From positions 2,403 through 39,022 of the forward strand of contig CAZUSB010000003.1 of assembly GCA_964622895.1 (NCBI GenBank): a DNA stretch of 36,620 nucleotides, written 5' to 3'. The stretch is from an uncultured Candidatus Saccharibacteria bacterium (lineage in GTDB: Bacteria > Patescibacteriota > Saccharimonadia > Saccharimonadales > Saccharimonadaceae). The notes below the pieces were generated by a model, which worked only from the letters and a program-made list of their open reading frames with translations, made no database searches and was not told the DNA's origin. Position numbers and translations under genes: made by a program. Below are positions 1 through 7,254 of the stretch, one piece after another; the stretch's first letter is position 1; the number at the start of each line of letters is the position of its first letter.

Positions 1-249
1 ATTACTGACCCGTCATCGGTGCTTGTGCAAGTGTTGAGTTATTTTCCGTTATCTGCGCCAGTCACTATCATGCTTCAAAATGCATTTGGAGTTTTAGATC
101 CAACAACTGCATTAATCGGGATAGCCATCATCTGGCTGACCGCTATTATTTTCCTCATTATGGCGTCAAATATTTTTAAATACGGCACGTTAGAATATGG
201 TCGAAGACTGTCATTGCGCGAGATTACAAATAAAAAACATCGGGCATAA
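1..249 (+). CDS. C-terminal fragment of a polytopic membrane protein, possibly an ABC-2-type transporter permease (5' end outside window)
   Basis: The frame-1 ORF is open to the window edge (ITDPSSVLVQ...). It has two hydrophobic helices and a basic tail, and its TAA stop at 247-249 abuts the tgt ATG. The family call is a guess from the TM pattern only. Confidence 0.4.
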   Translation: MTDPSSVLVQVLSYFPLSAPVTIMLQNAFGVLDPTTALIGIAIIWLTAIIFLIMASNIFKYGTLEYGRRLSLREITNKKHRA

Positions 250-1464
250 ATGACAAAGTTTTCTTTTGAGATTACCAACACAATACAGGGTGCTCCATTA
301 GCCAGAGCAGGTATAATAACAACGCCTCACGGCAAGATAGAAACACCGGCATTTATAGTGGTCGGTACAAAAGCCAACGTCAAAGCGATGGTACCTGAGC
401 AGGTGTCCGCGGTTGGCGCACAAGCGGTTTTAGCTAACGCCTATCATTTATACCTACAGCCAGGCTCCAAGATTATTGAAAAAGCAGGTGGTTTAGGAAA
501 GTTTATGAATTGGCCAGGTCCAACATTTACTGACTCCGGAGGATTTCAGGTATTATCGCTCGGTAGCGGCTTCAAAAAAGTTTTAGCGATGGACTCCTCG
601 ATAGAAAAGGAAAAGGTTATTGCACAGACAAAAACTCGTCATGCTTTTATAGATAATGACGGTGTTACATTTAAATCTCACCTTGATGGTTCATTACATC
701 GATTTACGCCAGAGGTCTCAATGCAAGTTCAACACGAAATTGGTGCAGATATTACATTTGCATTTGATGAACTAACGGCGCTTGTAGATAGCTATCAATA
801 CCAAATAGAGTCACTCGATCAAAGAACTCATCCATGGGCCAAACGGAGCCTTGCAGAGGTTCAGCGATTACGTCAAGAATATCCTGATAAGCCGTACCAA
901 GCACTATTTGGTGTCGTGCAAGGGGCACAACACAAAGATTTACGACAAAAATCCGCCAAATTCCTAGCCGGGCTTGATTTTGATGGCTATGGCATCGGTG
1001 GAGCGTTAGAAAAAAATCAACTGGGAGAAATTGTTAGTTGGGTCAATGAAATATTACCAGCTAATAAACCACGTCATCTACTGGGCATCAGCGAGCCTGA
1101 TGACATTTTTGAGGCAGTCAAGCAAGGAATTGATACGTTTGACTGTGTATCACCAACACGAGTAGGTAGGAATGGTGGCGCTTATACATATGATGGTCGC
1201 ATCAATATGAAGACTGCCAGGTACAAAGAAGACTTTAGCCCAATCGAAGAGCAATGTGAGTGTTATACTTGTACAAATTACACAAAAGCTTATATCCAAC
1301 ATCTTTTACGCGCCAAAGAAAGTTTGGCCGGTACACTACTATCAATTCATAACGAATATTTCATTATAAAATTAGTTGATGATATACGAAAAAGCATCGT
1401 GGACGGTACTTTTTTTGAATTAGAAAAAAACTGGCTCCGACGATACTACAAAAAAGTGGTATAA
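250..1464 (+). CDS. tgt: tRNA-guanine transglycosylase (queuine tRNA-ribosyltransferase)
   Basis: 404 aa. TGT motifs are present: DSGGFQ, FAFDE, LFGVVQG and DTFDCVSPTR. The Zn site is CECYTCTNYTKAYIQHL (CxCxxC...H). Confidence 0.9.
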   Translation: MTKFSFEITNTIQGAPLARAGIITTPHGKIETPAFIVVGTKANVKAMVPEQVSAVGAQAVLANAYHLYLQPGSKIIEKAGGLGKFMNWPGPTFTDSGGFQVLSLGSGFKKVLAMDSSIEKEKVIAQTKTRHAFIDNDGVTFKSHLDGSLHRFTPEVSMQVQHEIGADITFAFDELTALVDSYQYQIESLDQRTHPWAKRSLAEVQRLRQEYPDKPYQALFGVVQGAQHKDLRQKSAKFLAGLDFDGYGIGGALEKNQLGEIVSWVNEILPANKPRHLLGISEPDDIFEAVKQGIDTFDCVSPTRVGRNGGAYTYDGRINMKTARYKEDFSPIEEQCECYTCTNYTKAYIQHLLRAKESLAGTLLSIHNEYFIIKLVDDIRKSIVDGTFFELEKNWLRRYYKKVV

Positions 1465-1465
1465 T
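1457..1465 (+). promoter_or_regulatory. Extended -10 element TGgTATAAT overlapping the tgt stop, 10 nt before ATG 1476
   Basis: The sequence reads tggtataat, and no SD lies between it and the ATG. Translational re-initiation after tgt is an alternative. Confidence 0.4.
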
Positions 1466-1475
1466 AATAAACATC

Positions 1476-1988
1476 ATGAAATTGAATTTACCTAAACCCT
1501 GTTTAGTGGTGACTGTTGGAGTGGCCGGATCTGGAAAAACTTACTTTGCTAATTATTTTTCAAAGATATACGATCTGCCACTTATTAGTAGTGCCCTAAC
1601 TACAGAGATTTTATTTGAAAAGCCCAACTTTTCTGACGAAGAATCTGCGCTCGTAAAAAAAGTTAATACCGAAGAGCTAGTGCAGCTACTAAAAACGAAA
1701 TGCACTGTCATCTATGACGGTTTTAGCGATACAAGAGTAGCGAGATACGACCTAACGAGACTAGCCAATCAACACAATTACGATATTATGTTTGTCTGGG
1801 TTCAAACTGACGAACCGACTTCTTTACATCGAGCAATCAAAAATGGCATGGATCAAACACGCTTCGAAAAACTAGCAAGCAAGTTCACTCCACTAAACGA
1901 ACGTGAGCGACACATAGTTATAAGCGGAAAACGCCGCCCCAACGACCAGCTCAAAAATGTAATTAGCAATATTTTGCCCAGAGTATAA
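1476..1988 (+). CDS. Small P-loop NTPase / AAA_33-like kinase, substrate unknown
   Basis: 170 aa. It has a Walker A motif (GVAGSGKT) and a Walker-B-like VIYDG. Its size and layout match small nucleotide/polynucleotide kinases. Confidence 0.6.
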   Translation: MKLNLPKPCLVVTVGVAGSGKTYFANYFSKIYDLPLISSALTTEILFEKPNFSDEESALVKKVNTEELVQLLKTKCTVIYDGFSDTRVARYDLTRLANQHNYDIMFVWVQTDEPTSLHRAIKNGMDQTRFEKLASKFTPLNERERHIVISGKRRPNDQLKNVISNILPRV

Positions 1989-1990
1989 AC

Positions 1991-2680
1991 GTGGCCGAAA
2001 TACTAGATCACGAACTAGGCAGAATCATTATCAGAAAATATAATCAAGCACGCAGTATCAAAGCGCGTCGAGCGCCCAATGGAGATTTACGTGTATCTGC
2101 ACCAGCTCACACGCCAAATTTTATAATTAAACACTTCATCAACCAAAACAGAAAAGCGCTACTCAAACTACTGGAAGAGTCGGCGCCTGAAATAAGTTAT
2201 TACGACGGAATGATTGTGGGAAAAAGTCATTCGCTTATTGTCTCAAACGCAAATGAACTAACGGTCAATATCAAAAACAACATTATAGCGGTCAACCTAC
2301 CATCAAGTCTGACACTAACTGATCAAAACGTCATCAATATTTTGCGCCCTGCAGTCATCAAGGCTTTAAAAAAAGAAGCAAAAGCTCATCTCCCAAAAAG
2401 ACTAGACTATATTGCAAAACGGCATGGGTTTACATATAGAACAGTTAAATTCTCTCATGCCAGTAGCAAGTGGGGAAGCTGTAAAAATGATGGCACAATC
2501 AATCTTAATATCGCGTTAATGAAGCTACCGTTTGAACTAATTGATTATGTGATTGCGCATGAGCTAGCACACACTATAGAGATGAACCACAGTCCTCAGT
2601 TTTGGCGGGTGGTTGCGGGTATAGACCCAAACTACAAACATCACCGTAAAATGATTAAAAATGAAAGCCCTAATATCTAA
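1991..2680 (+). CDS. YgjP-like (DUF45 / M48-type) zinc metallopeptidase
   Basis: 229 aa with a GTG start 2 nt after the upstream stop. Family hallmarks WGSC and HELAHTIEMNHSPQFW (HExxH...H) are present. Confidence 0.75.
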   Translation: MAEILDHELGRIIIRKYNQARSIKARRAPNGDLRVSAPAHTPNFIIKHFINQNRKALLKLLEESAPEISYYDGMIVGKSHSLIVSNANELTVNIKNNIIAVNLPSSLTLTDQNVINILRPAVIKALKKEAKAHLPKRLDYIAKRHGFTYRTVKFSHASSKWGSCKNDGTINLNIALMKLPFELIDYVIAHELAHTIEMNHSPQFWRVVAGIDPNYKHHRKMIKNESPNI

Positions 2681-2698
2681 GCATAACTGTTTTTAACA

Positions 2699-2707
2699 TG
2701 ATATACT
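2699..2707 (+). promoter_or_regulatory. Extended -10 element TGaTATACT, 9 nt before ATG 2717 (near-leaderless)
   Basis: The sequence is catgatatact followed by aaatacagt and then ATG. No SD lies within range of this ATG. Confidence 0.4.
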
Positions 2708-2716
2708 AAATACAGT

Positions 2717-4351
2717 ATGAACGGTGGGAGAAAATTAAAACGTAATATAATGTTACCACTGAAAACAGTGGGGTTCGTTGTGCCTTTGATTATAGTAATG
2801 TTTGGCGCAACAATGCAGTTCTTTTATCCTGACAAAAACCCCCAAGAAATCATTAAATTTGCTGTTATCTCGGTAATTTGGGTCGTACTAGCAACGGCGC
2901 AGCTCTCTAAAAAAAATAATCCAAAACTTGTAATTATAGCCTATCATTTACTGGCGACCGTCTCAATTCTGTTAGTTTACCCGATTATGGCGCCATTTAT
3001 CTCATTTTGGATCTTGCTTTCTTTAGCAGCATTCGTGCGCTACGGCCAATTTGGATTAATTATGAGCTTACTTTGGTTATTATTCACATTAACCGTCAGC
3101 TCCATCTTGCGACTAGGCAATAATGCCACTATTTTTGCTTACGAATTTGCGACAGTTGTAGCCGTCATCTCTGCGAGTTACGTGATTTTTATGCTATCGA
3201 GTTCACAGGAGCAAGCTCGTGACGCTCTACATAAATCGAGAGCGCGTGAATCTCTTCAGCGCAATCGCTTACTGTCAATTATAAATAATCAATCTGATGG
3301 CATAATCAGTGTAGATAAGCGTGGTTTCATACGAGTTTTCAACTCTGCGAGCATGTGGCTTTTAGATACAAACAAAGATTTAATTGGTCAAAAAATTAAT
3401 CACGTTTTTCCGTTGTATAACTTAGACAGGGAAAAAGTAGATATATTCAAAGAATTGACAAGCGCTAAAACATCTTTAACCCGTGATGATCTTTTGTTTA
3501 AAACTGGTGAGGGAGAGATGCTGAGATTTGAAGTTACATTTGCACCGATTCGTCACGCTTATGGTAAAAAAGAGATCCAAAAAAGCAACGACGATTACAT
3601 TATCATTTTTCGTGATATCACCAGTAAGAAAAATCTTGATGAAGAAAAAAATGAATTCATCAGTGTTGTTTCGCACGAATTACGGACGCCGATTACAGTT
3701 GCAGAAGGCGCTCTTTCCAATGCCCAGCTCCTTTACGACAGCCCAAGAGCACCACGTAGTGCAGTAAAAAAAGCTATCGCCATGGGTCATGATCAGGTTT
3801 TATTTCTGGCCAATATGATAAATGACCTCAGTACATTATCACGCGCCCAAAGAGATATCATGGCTGAGCCCGAGATTATTTCTGTAAAAGAGCTCGGCTA
3901 TCAGACGTTAGATCGCTACTCGGGTGAGGCTAAGCGAAAAGGCTTAATTTTAGATCTAGACATGTCGGCGCGCCTTGGGTCAGTCTTTACTAGCCGGCTA
4001 TATCTAGAAGAGCTGATGCAAAATCTAGTACTAAACGCCATAAAATACACCCCGTCAGGTAGAGTAACCATAAAATTAACCCGAAAAGGCGATGAGATAC
4101 AGTTTGCAGTAATTGACACGGGAATCGGTATATCAAGAAGCGAGCGTGAAAAAATATTTGAAAAATTTTATCGTAGCGAAGATTTTCGTACTCGTGAAAC
4201 TAGCGGCACTGGCTTGGGACTATTTTTGTCAGCTCAGCTCGCCGACAAAATGGGCGCTTGGCTCAAGCTTACGAGCCGTGTCAATCACGGGTCTACCTTT
4301 TACTTTGAATTACCTGTATACGATCAAAAAGACGAAAGTGAGCTTGTATAA
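2717..4351 (+). CDS. Membrane-bound PAS sensor histidine kinase (orphan, no adjacent response regulator)
   Basis: 544 aa. It has about 5 N-terminal TM helices and a PAS-like segment. The H-box is SHELRTPIT, and HATPase N/G boxes (NAIKYTP, DTGIGI, GTGLGL) are present. Confidence 0.85.
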   Translation: MNGGRKLKRNIMLPLKTVGFVVPLIIVMFGATMQFFYPDKNPQEIIKFAVISVIWVVLATAQLSKKNNPKLVIIAYHLLATVSILLVYPIMAPFISFWILLSLAAFVRYGQFGLIMSLLWLLFTLTVSSILRLGNNATIFAYEFATVVAVISASYVIFMLSSSQEQARDALHKSRARESLQRNRLLSIINNQSDGIISVDKRGFIRVFNSASMWLLDTNKDLIGQKINHVFPLYNLDREKVDIFKELTSAKTSLTRDDLLFKTGEGEMLRFEVTFAPIRHAYGKKEIQKSNDDYIIIFRDITSKKNLDEEKNEFISVVSHELRTPITVAEGALSNAQLLYDSPRAPRSAVKKAIAMGHDQVLFLANMINDLSTLSRAQRDIMAEPEIISVKELGYQTLDRYSGEAKRKGLILDLDMSARLGSVFTSRLYLEELMQNLVLNAIKYTPSGRVTIKLTRKGDEIQFAVIDTGIGISRSEREKIFEKFYRSEDFRTRETSGTGLGLFLSAQLADKMGAWLKLTSRVNHGSTFYFELPVYDQKDESELV

Positions 4352-4363
4352 ATGATCTGTAGT

Positions 4364-4372
4364 TGTTATAAT
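4364..4372 (+). promoter_or_regulatory. Extended -10 promoter TGtTATAAT for secE-nusG
   Basis: The sequence tgttataat lies 45 nt upstream of the secE ATG. A GGGAGA SD lies 5 nt before that ATG. Confidence 0.5.
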
Positions 4373-4381
4373 AAACTTGAC

Positions 4382-4407
4382 AGTCTGCATAGCAGACTAT
4401 TTTAATT
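4382..4407 (+). terminator. Hairpin agtctgc-ata-gcagact followed by ATTTTAATT. It is either a terminator for the histidine kinase gene or a 5' stem-loop of the secE mRNA.
   Basis: A perfect 7-bp inverted repeat with a 3-nt loop is followed by a T-rich tail. It lies downstream of the putative secE -10, so its role is ambiguous. Confidence 0.4.
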
Positions 4408-4417
4408 GGGAGAAGAT

Positions 4418-4720
4418 ATGGCTTCGGGAAAAACAACCAAAGAAACAACCAAAGAAACAAAGGTAAAGAAGAAGACGACAAAAAAGCCGTCTCAATCCAA
4501 ATCACACGATAAAAAACATGACAAAAAGGGATTCTGGGCAAAACTTGGGGCTTATTTTAAAGGATCATGGCAGGAACTCAAAAAAGTCCAATGGCCCGAC
4601 AAAAAAGCGACCTGGAGCTTAACGATCGCCGTCCTGGTTTTTACGGCATTTTTCGTAGTGATTATATTACTAATAGATATAATCTTCCAAGAACTATTTA
4701 ATATGATTTTAGCGAGGTAA
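4418..4720 (+). CDS. secE: Preprotein translocase subunit SecE with a Lys/Thr-rich N-terminal extension
   Basis: The C-terminal motif WQELKKVQWPDKKATW is followed by a single TM, as is typical of SecE, and the gene sits directly upstream of nusG. ATG 4418 is preferred over the ORF-track TTG 4406 because GGGAGA lies 5 nt upstream of it. Confidence 0.8.
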   Translation: MASGKTTKETTKETKVKKKTTKKPSQSKSHDKKHDKKGFWAKLGAYFKGSWQELKKVQWPDKKATWSLTIAVLVFTAFFVVIILLIDIIFQELFNMILAR

Positions 4721-4723
4721 ATT

Positions 4724-5275
4724 ATGACAAAAGACAGCACAAGATATGACTCATCACGACAATGGTACGCCATCCACACTTACAGTGGATATGAAGAAAA
4801 AGTTTCCGACAGTATCAGACAACGCATCAACAATGTTGATATTGCCGACAAGATATTTGACGTTATCGTCCCGAAAGAAAAACAAATTGAAATTAAAAAT
4901 GGTAAACGAAAAGTTGTTGAGAAAAAAATCTTTCAAGGCTACGTGCTGGTGGAGATGGAATTGACCGACGAATCGTGGTATATCGTCCGCAATACGCCTG
5001 GAGTAACTGGTTTTGTTGGCACCACTACCGAGCCAACACCTGTATCCGAACAGGAAATCAAAAAGATTCGTAAGCGCATGGGTGTGGAGGAGCCGGTACA
5101 CAATATTAACTTATCTGAGGGCGAAGTGATCGGTATCGTTGATGGACCATTCAAAGGATTTGAGGGTTCAGTCAGTGAAATTGACACACAAAAAGGCAAA
5201 ATCAAGGTTCTCGTCAGCATGTTCGGACGAGACACACCAGTTGAGCTGGATGCTCTACAGGTCAAAAAGATCTAG
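4724..5275 (+). CDS. nusG: Transcription termination/antitermination factor NusG
   Basis: 183 aa. It has an NGN domain (WYAIHTYSGYEEKV) and a KOW motif (GEVIGIVDGPFKGFEGSV), in conserved secE-nusG-rplK synteny. Confidence 0.92.
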   Translation: MTKDSTRYDSSRQWYAIHTYSGYEEKVSDSIRQRINNVDIADKIFDVIVPKEKQIEIKNGKRKVVEKKIFQGYVLVEMELTDESWYIVRNTPGVTGFVGTTTEPTPVSEQEIKKIRKRMGVEEPVHNINLSEGEVIGIVDGPFKGFEGSVSEIDTQKGKIKVLVSMFGRDTPVELDALQVKKI

Positions 5276-5318
5276 TCTTTCACAGATGATTTAGAGACTT
5301 GATATTATATCATATTTG

Positions 5319-5327
5319 TGCTATAAT
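5319..5327 (+). promoter_or_regulatory. Extended -10 promoter TGcTATAAT for the small-ORF transcription unit
   Basis: The sequence tgctataat lies 44 nt after the nusG stop. It is followed by a 7-bp 5'-UTR hairpin (5337-5356), then an SD. Confidence 0.55.
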
Positions 5328-5374
5328 ATAAGTATGTGGTCGCAACAAGGCGATCATTGGACCAAGGAGGAAAA

Positions 5375-5515
5375 ATGGGAAAGTTATTTTCCACAATTTT
5401 ATACTTGGGGATGGCTATTGTCATCCTACCTACTGTAGCATTTTTGCTACTGGAGGTAAAAAAACAGGAGGCGATCGATTTCGCCTACGACAACCTTCAC
5501 CACAATTCCGGTTAA
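5375..5515 (+). CDS. Small (46 aa) single-TM membrane peptide, not in the ORF track (below its length cutoff)
   Basis: A strong SD (AAGGAGG, 5364-5370) lies 4 nt before the ATG. My translation is MGKLFSTILYLGMAIVILPTVAFLLLEVKKQEAIDFAYDNLHHNSG, stopping at TAA 5513-5515. The unit has its own promoter upstream and a terminator downstream. Confidence 0.45.
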   Translation: MGKLFSTILYLGMAIVILPTVAFLLLEVKKQEAIDFAYDNLHHNSG

Positions 5516-5537
5516 AGCCTGGAAATAGTGGCGACAC

Positions 5538-5597
5538 AGCCCAGTTGATATTTATAATTTGCATATTCTGCACACATTTATACCAACTGGGCTTTTT
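5538..5597 (+). terminator. Intrinsic terminator with a long loop: agcccagttg...caactgggct plus a T tract
   Basis: A 10-bp perfect stem (5538-5547 / 5584-5593) encloses a 36-nt AT-rich loop and is followed by a T tract. It separates the small-ORF unit from the rplK promoter. Confidence 0.6.
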
Positions 5598-5627
5598 AAC
5601 TTGGTTTATTCTACAAAAAAAATGACT

Positions 5628-5656
5628 TTGATAATTCTGAGTATTTATGATATAAT
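5628..5656 (+). promoter_or_regulatory. Sigma70-type promoter for rplK-rplA: TTGATA, 17 nt, (TGa)TATAAT
   Basis: The -35 is at 5628-5633 and the -10 at 5651-5656, with a TGn extension. The leader is about 48 nt and carries a GAGGT SD. Confidence 0.65.
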
Positions 5657-5710
5657 CAATCTGTTACGCACTAGATATATCACTTAATTAAAACGAGGTA
5701 ATTGATAGCT

Positions 5711-6136
5711 ATGGCTAAAAAAATAATTGGTAACTTAAAGTTACGTATTCCTGCTGGACGTGCAACAGCTGGACCTCCAGTTGGCTCAACCTTGGGTCAA
5801 TGGGGACTAAACATGATGGACTTTATCAATCCATTCAACGAGGCGACTAAAGACATGATGGGTAAAGACGTCATCGTGCATTTGCGAGTTTATGATGACC
5901 GAACATTTGATTGGAACTCATTAGGACAGCCAGTTGATGATATGATCCGCGAAAAAGCTGGTATCAAAAAAGGTAGCGGCAAACCACACAGCGAAAAAGT
6001 TGGCAAGCTAACTCAAGCACAGCTTGAAGAAATCGCAAATGCCAAAATGGATCAGCTTAACGCGATTGACTTAGAGGGCGCAAAAAAAATTGTCGCTGGC
6101 TCTGCTAGGTCAATGGGTGTAGAAATTAAAGAATAA
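5711..6136 (+). CDS. rplK: 50S ribosomal protein L11
   Basis: The N-terminus MAKKIIGNLKLRIPAGRATAGPPVG is canonical L11. ATG 5711 is preferred over the ORF-track TTG 5702. Confidence 0.93.
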   Translation: MAKKIIGNLKLRIPAGRATAGPPVGSTLGQWGLNMMDFINPFNEATKDMMGKDVIVHLRVYDDRTFDWNSLGQPVDDMIREKAGIKKGSGKPHSEKVGKLTQAQLEEIANAKMDQLNAIDLEGAKKIVAGSARSMGVEIKE

Positions 6137-6205
6137 TTAATTAATAATCAATGATGGGAGTGTTTTTATCAAAAAACACGTAAAAACCACAGAAAGGATT
6201 TAAAA

Positions 6206-7231
6206 ATGGCAAAAAAAGCAGATTTATTGAAAGAGGCTCAGGATTTGGGTCTAAAAGTTAATGAGAAAAACACCATAGCTCAGTTAACCGAAATGATTAC
6301 TGAGTCGCAAACGAAAATTGTTAAAATTGACGAGACAGCCGACGTAACTATTACTGAATCACCGGCAGAAGAGGAAAAAATTACCACCGCCAAAGCGGGC
6401 AAAAGAAGTGCCAAAGCTCAGGCAGAGGTTAAAGAAAAACTAGAAAAAGAAGCCCGAAAAGATGCTAAGGACACTACACCTCAAGGTGATGCTGACGCAG
6501 CAACAGTCAAAAAAGGTCCAACACCAATTACCCGACCAAGACTTGAAAGACGAGGAAAAAATTACCAAAAAGCTGCTGCAAAAATTGACGCAACCAAACT
6601 GTATACAGTTGAGGAAGCTATTAAACTAGCGACCCAGACCAATCCATCTAAATACGATGCAAGTGTTGAAGTACACGCTAAACTTGGTGTAGATCCACGT
6701 CAAGCCGATCAAAACATCCGTGCTACTGTTCAATTACCACACGGAACTGGCAAGAAGATTACTGTCGCTGTTTTTGCGCCTGAGGCAGAGTTAGCGACCG
6801 CCAAAGAGGCCGGTGCTGATATCGTAGCTGACGAAGAATTTCTCAAGCAGCTAGACAAAGGCGTACTAGACTTTGACGTCTTGATAGTCACGCCTCAGTA
6901 TGTACCAAAATTAGCTAAATACGCTCGTCTTTTGGGACCACGAGGCTTAATGCCCAACCCTAAAGCCGGAACAGTCACTACTGATCTTACTAAGGCCATC
7001 AAAGATGCTAAAACTGGCAAGGTAGAGTATCGTGTAGATAAACAATCTATCATTCACTTAAGTATTGGTAAAGTCTCTTTTGATGTAGACAAGCTAAACG
7101 ACAACATGACAACGTTCTTACAGAGCCTAAATAGCAATAAACCAACATCAATTAAGGGTACATTTATCAAGTCCTTGACTATTACCACCACGCAAGGCCC
7201 AGCAATCAAAGTAGAATTTGCTAATTTATAA
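6206..7231 (+). CDS. rplA: 50S ribosomal protein L1 with a ~112-aa N-terminal extension
   Basis: 341 aa. The canonical L1 core starts near residue 115 ([24 protein letters not shown]; GVDPRQADQ; [11 protein letters not shown]). The SD is GAAAGGA. No internal start codon lies at the core boundary. Confidence 0.9.
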   Translation: MAKKADLLKEAQDLGLKVNEKNTIAQLTEMITESQTKIVKIDETADVTITESPAEEEKITTAKAGKRSAKAQAEVKEKLEKEARKDAKDTTPQGDADAATVKKGPTPITRPRLERRGKNYQKAAAKIDATKLYTVEEAIKLATQTNPSKYDASVEVHAKLGVDPRQADQNIRATVQLPHGTGKKITVAVFAPEAELATAKEAGADIVADEEFLKQLDKGVLDFDVLIVTPQYVPKLAKYARLLGPRGLMPNPKAGTVTTDLTKAIKDAKTGKVEYRVDKQSIIHLSIGKVSFDVDKLNDNMTTFLQSLNSNKPTSIKGTFIKSLTITTTQGPAIKVEFANL

Positions 7232-7254
7232 ATCACAACAAAGGGGGTGGAGCT

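Noticed and set aside
1476-2680. The P-loop kinase plus YgjP-like metallopeptidase pair, as a possible toxin-antitoxin or defence module.
   Set aside because: Neither protein shows zeta-toxin-length architecture or a partner antitoxin. There are no restriction-modification, mobile-element or repeat features nearby, and both are common stand-alone housekeeping-type families.
4433-4461. A tandem 12-nt repeat, acaaccaaagaa x2.4, in the 5' part of secE (encoding TKETTKETK).
   Set aside because: This is a short low-complexity coding repeat within a Lys/Thr-rich tail. It has no spacer structure or other repeat-element features.
5334-5438. A 34-aa ORF (MWSQQGDHWTKEEKWESYFPQFYTWGWLLSSYLL) starting 6 nt after the TGcTATAAT box. 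This is the same geometry as the leaderless genes.
   Set aside because: The Trp-rich composition is implausible. It also overlaps, in another frame, the SD-led 46-aa TM peptide ORF, which looks far more protein-like. The ATG is more likely just the 5' end of that mRNA's UTR. It could still be tested by ribosome profiling.
6156-6179. A hairpin in the rplK-rplA spacer (GUGUUUUU-AUCA-AAAAACAC) preceded by GGGAGUG, which recalls L1-binding mRNA/rRNA mimics.
   Set aside because: There is no complementary 3' arm for the GGGA part and no recognisable asymmetric loop like the 23S L1 site. The stem is almost pure A-U/G-U. The resemblance rests on 7 nt only.
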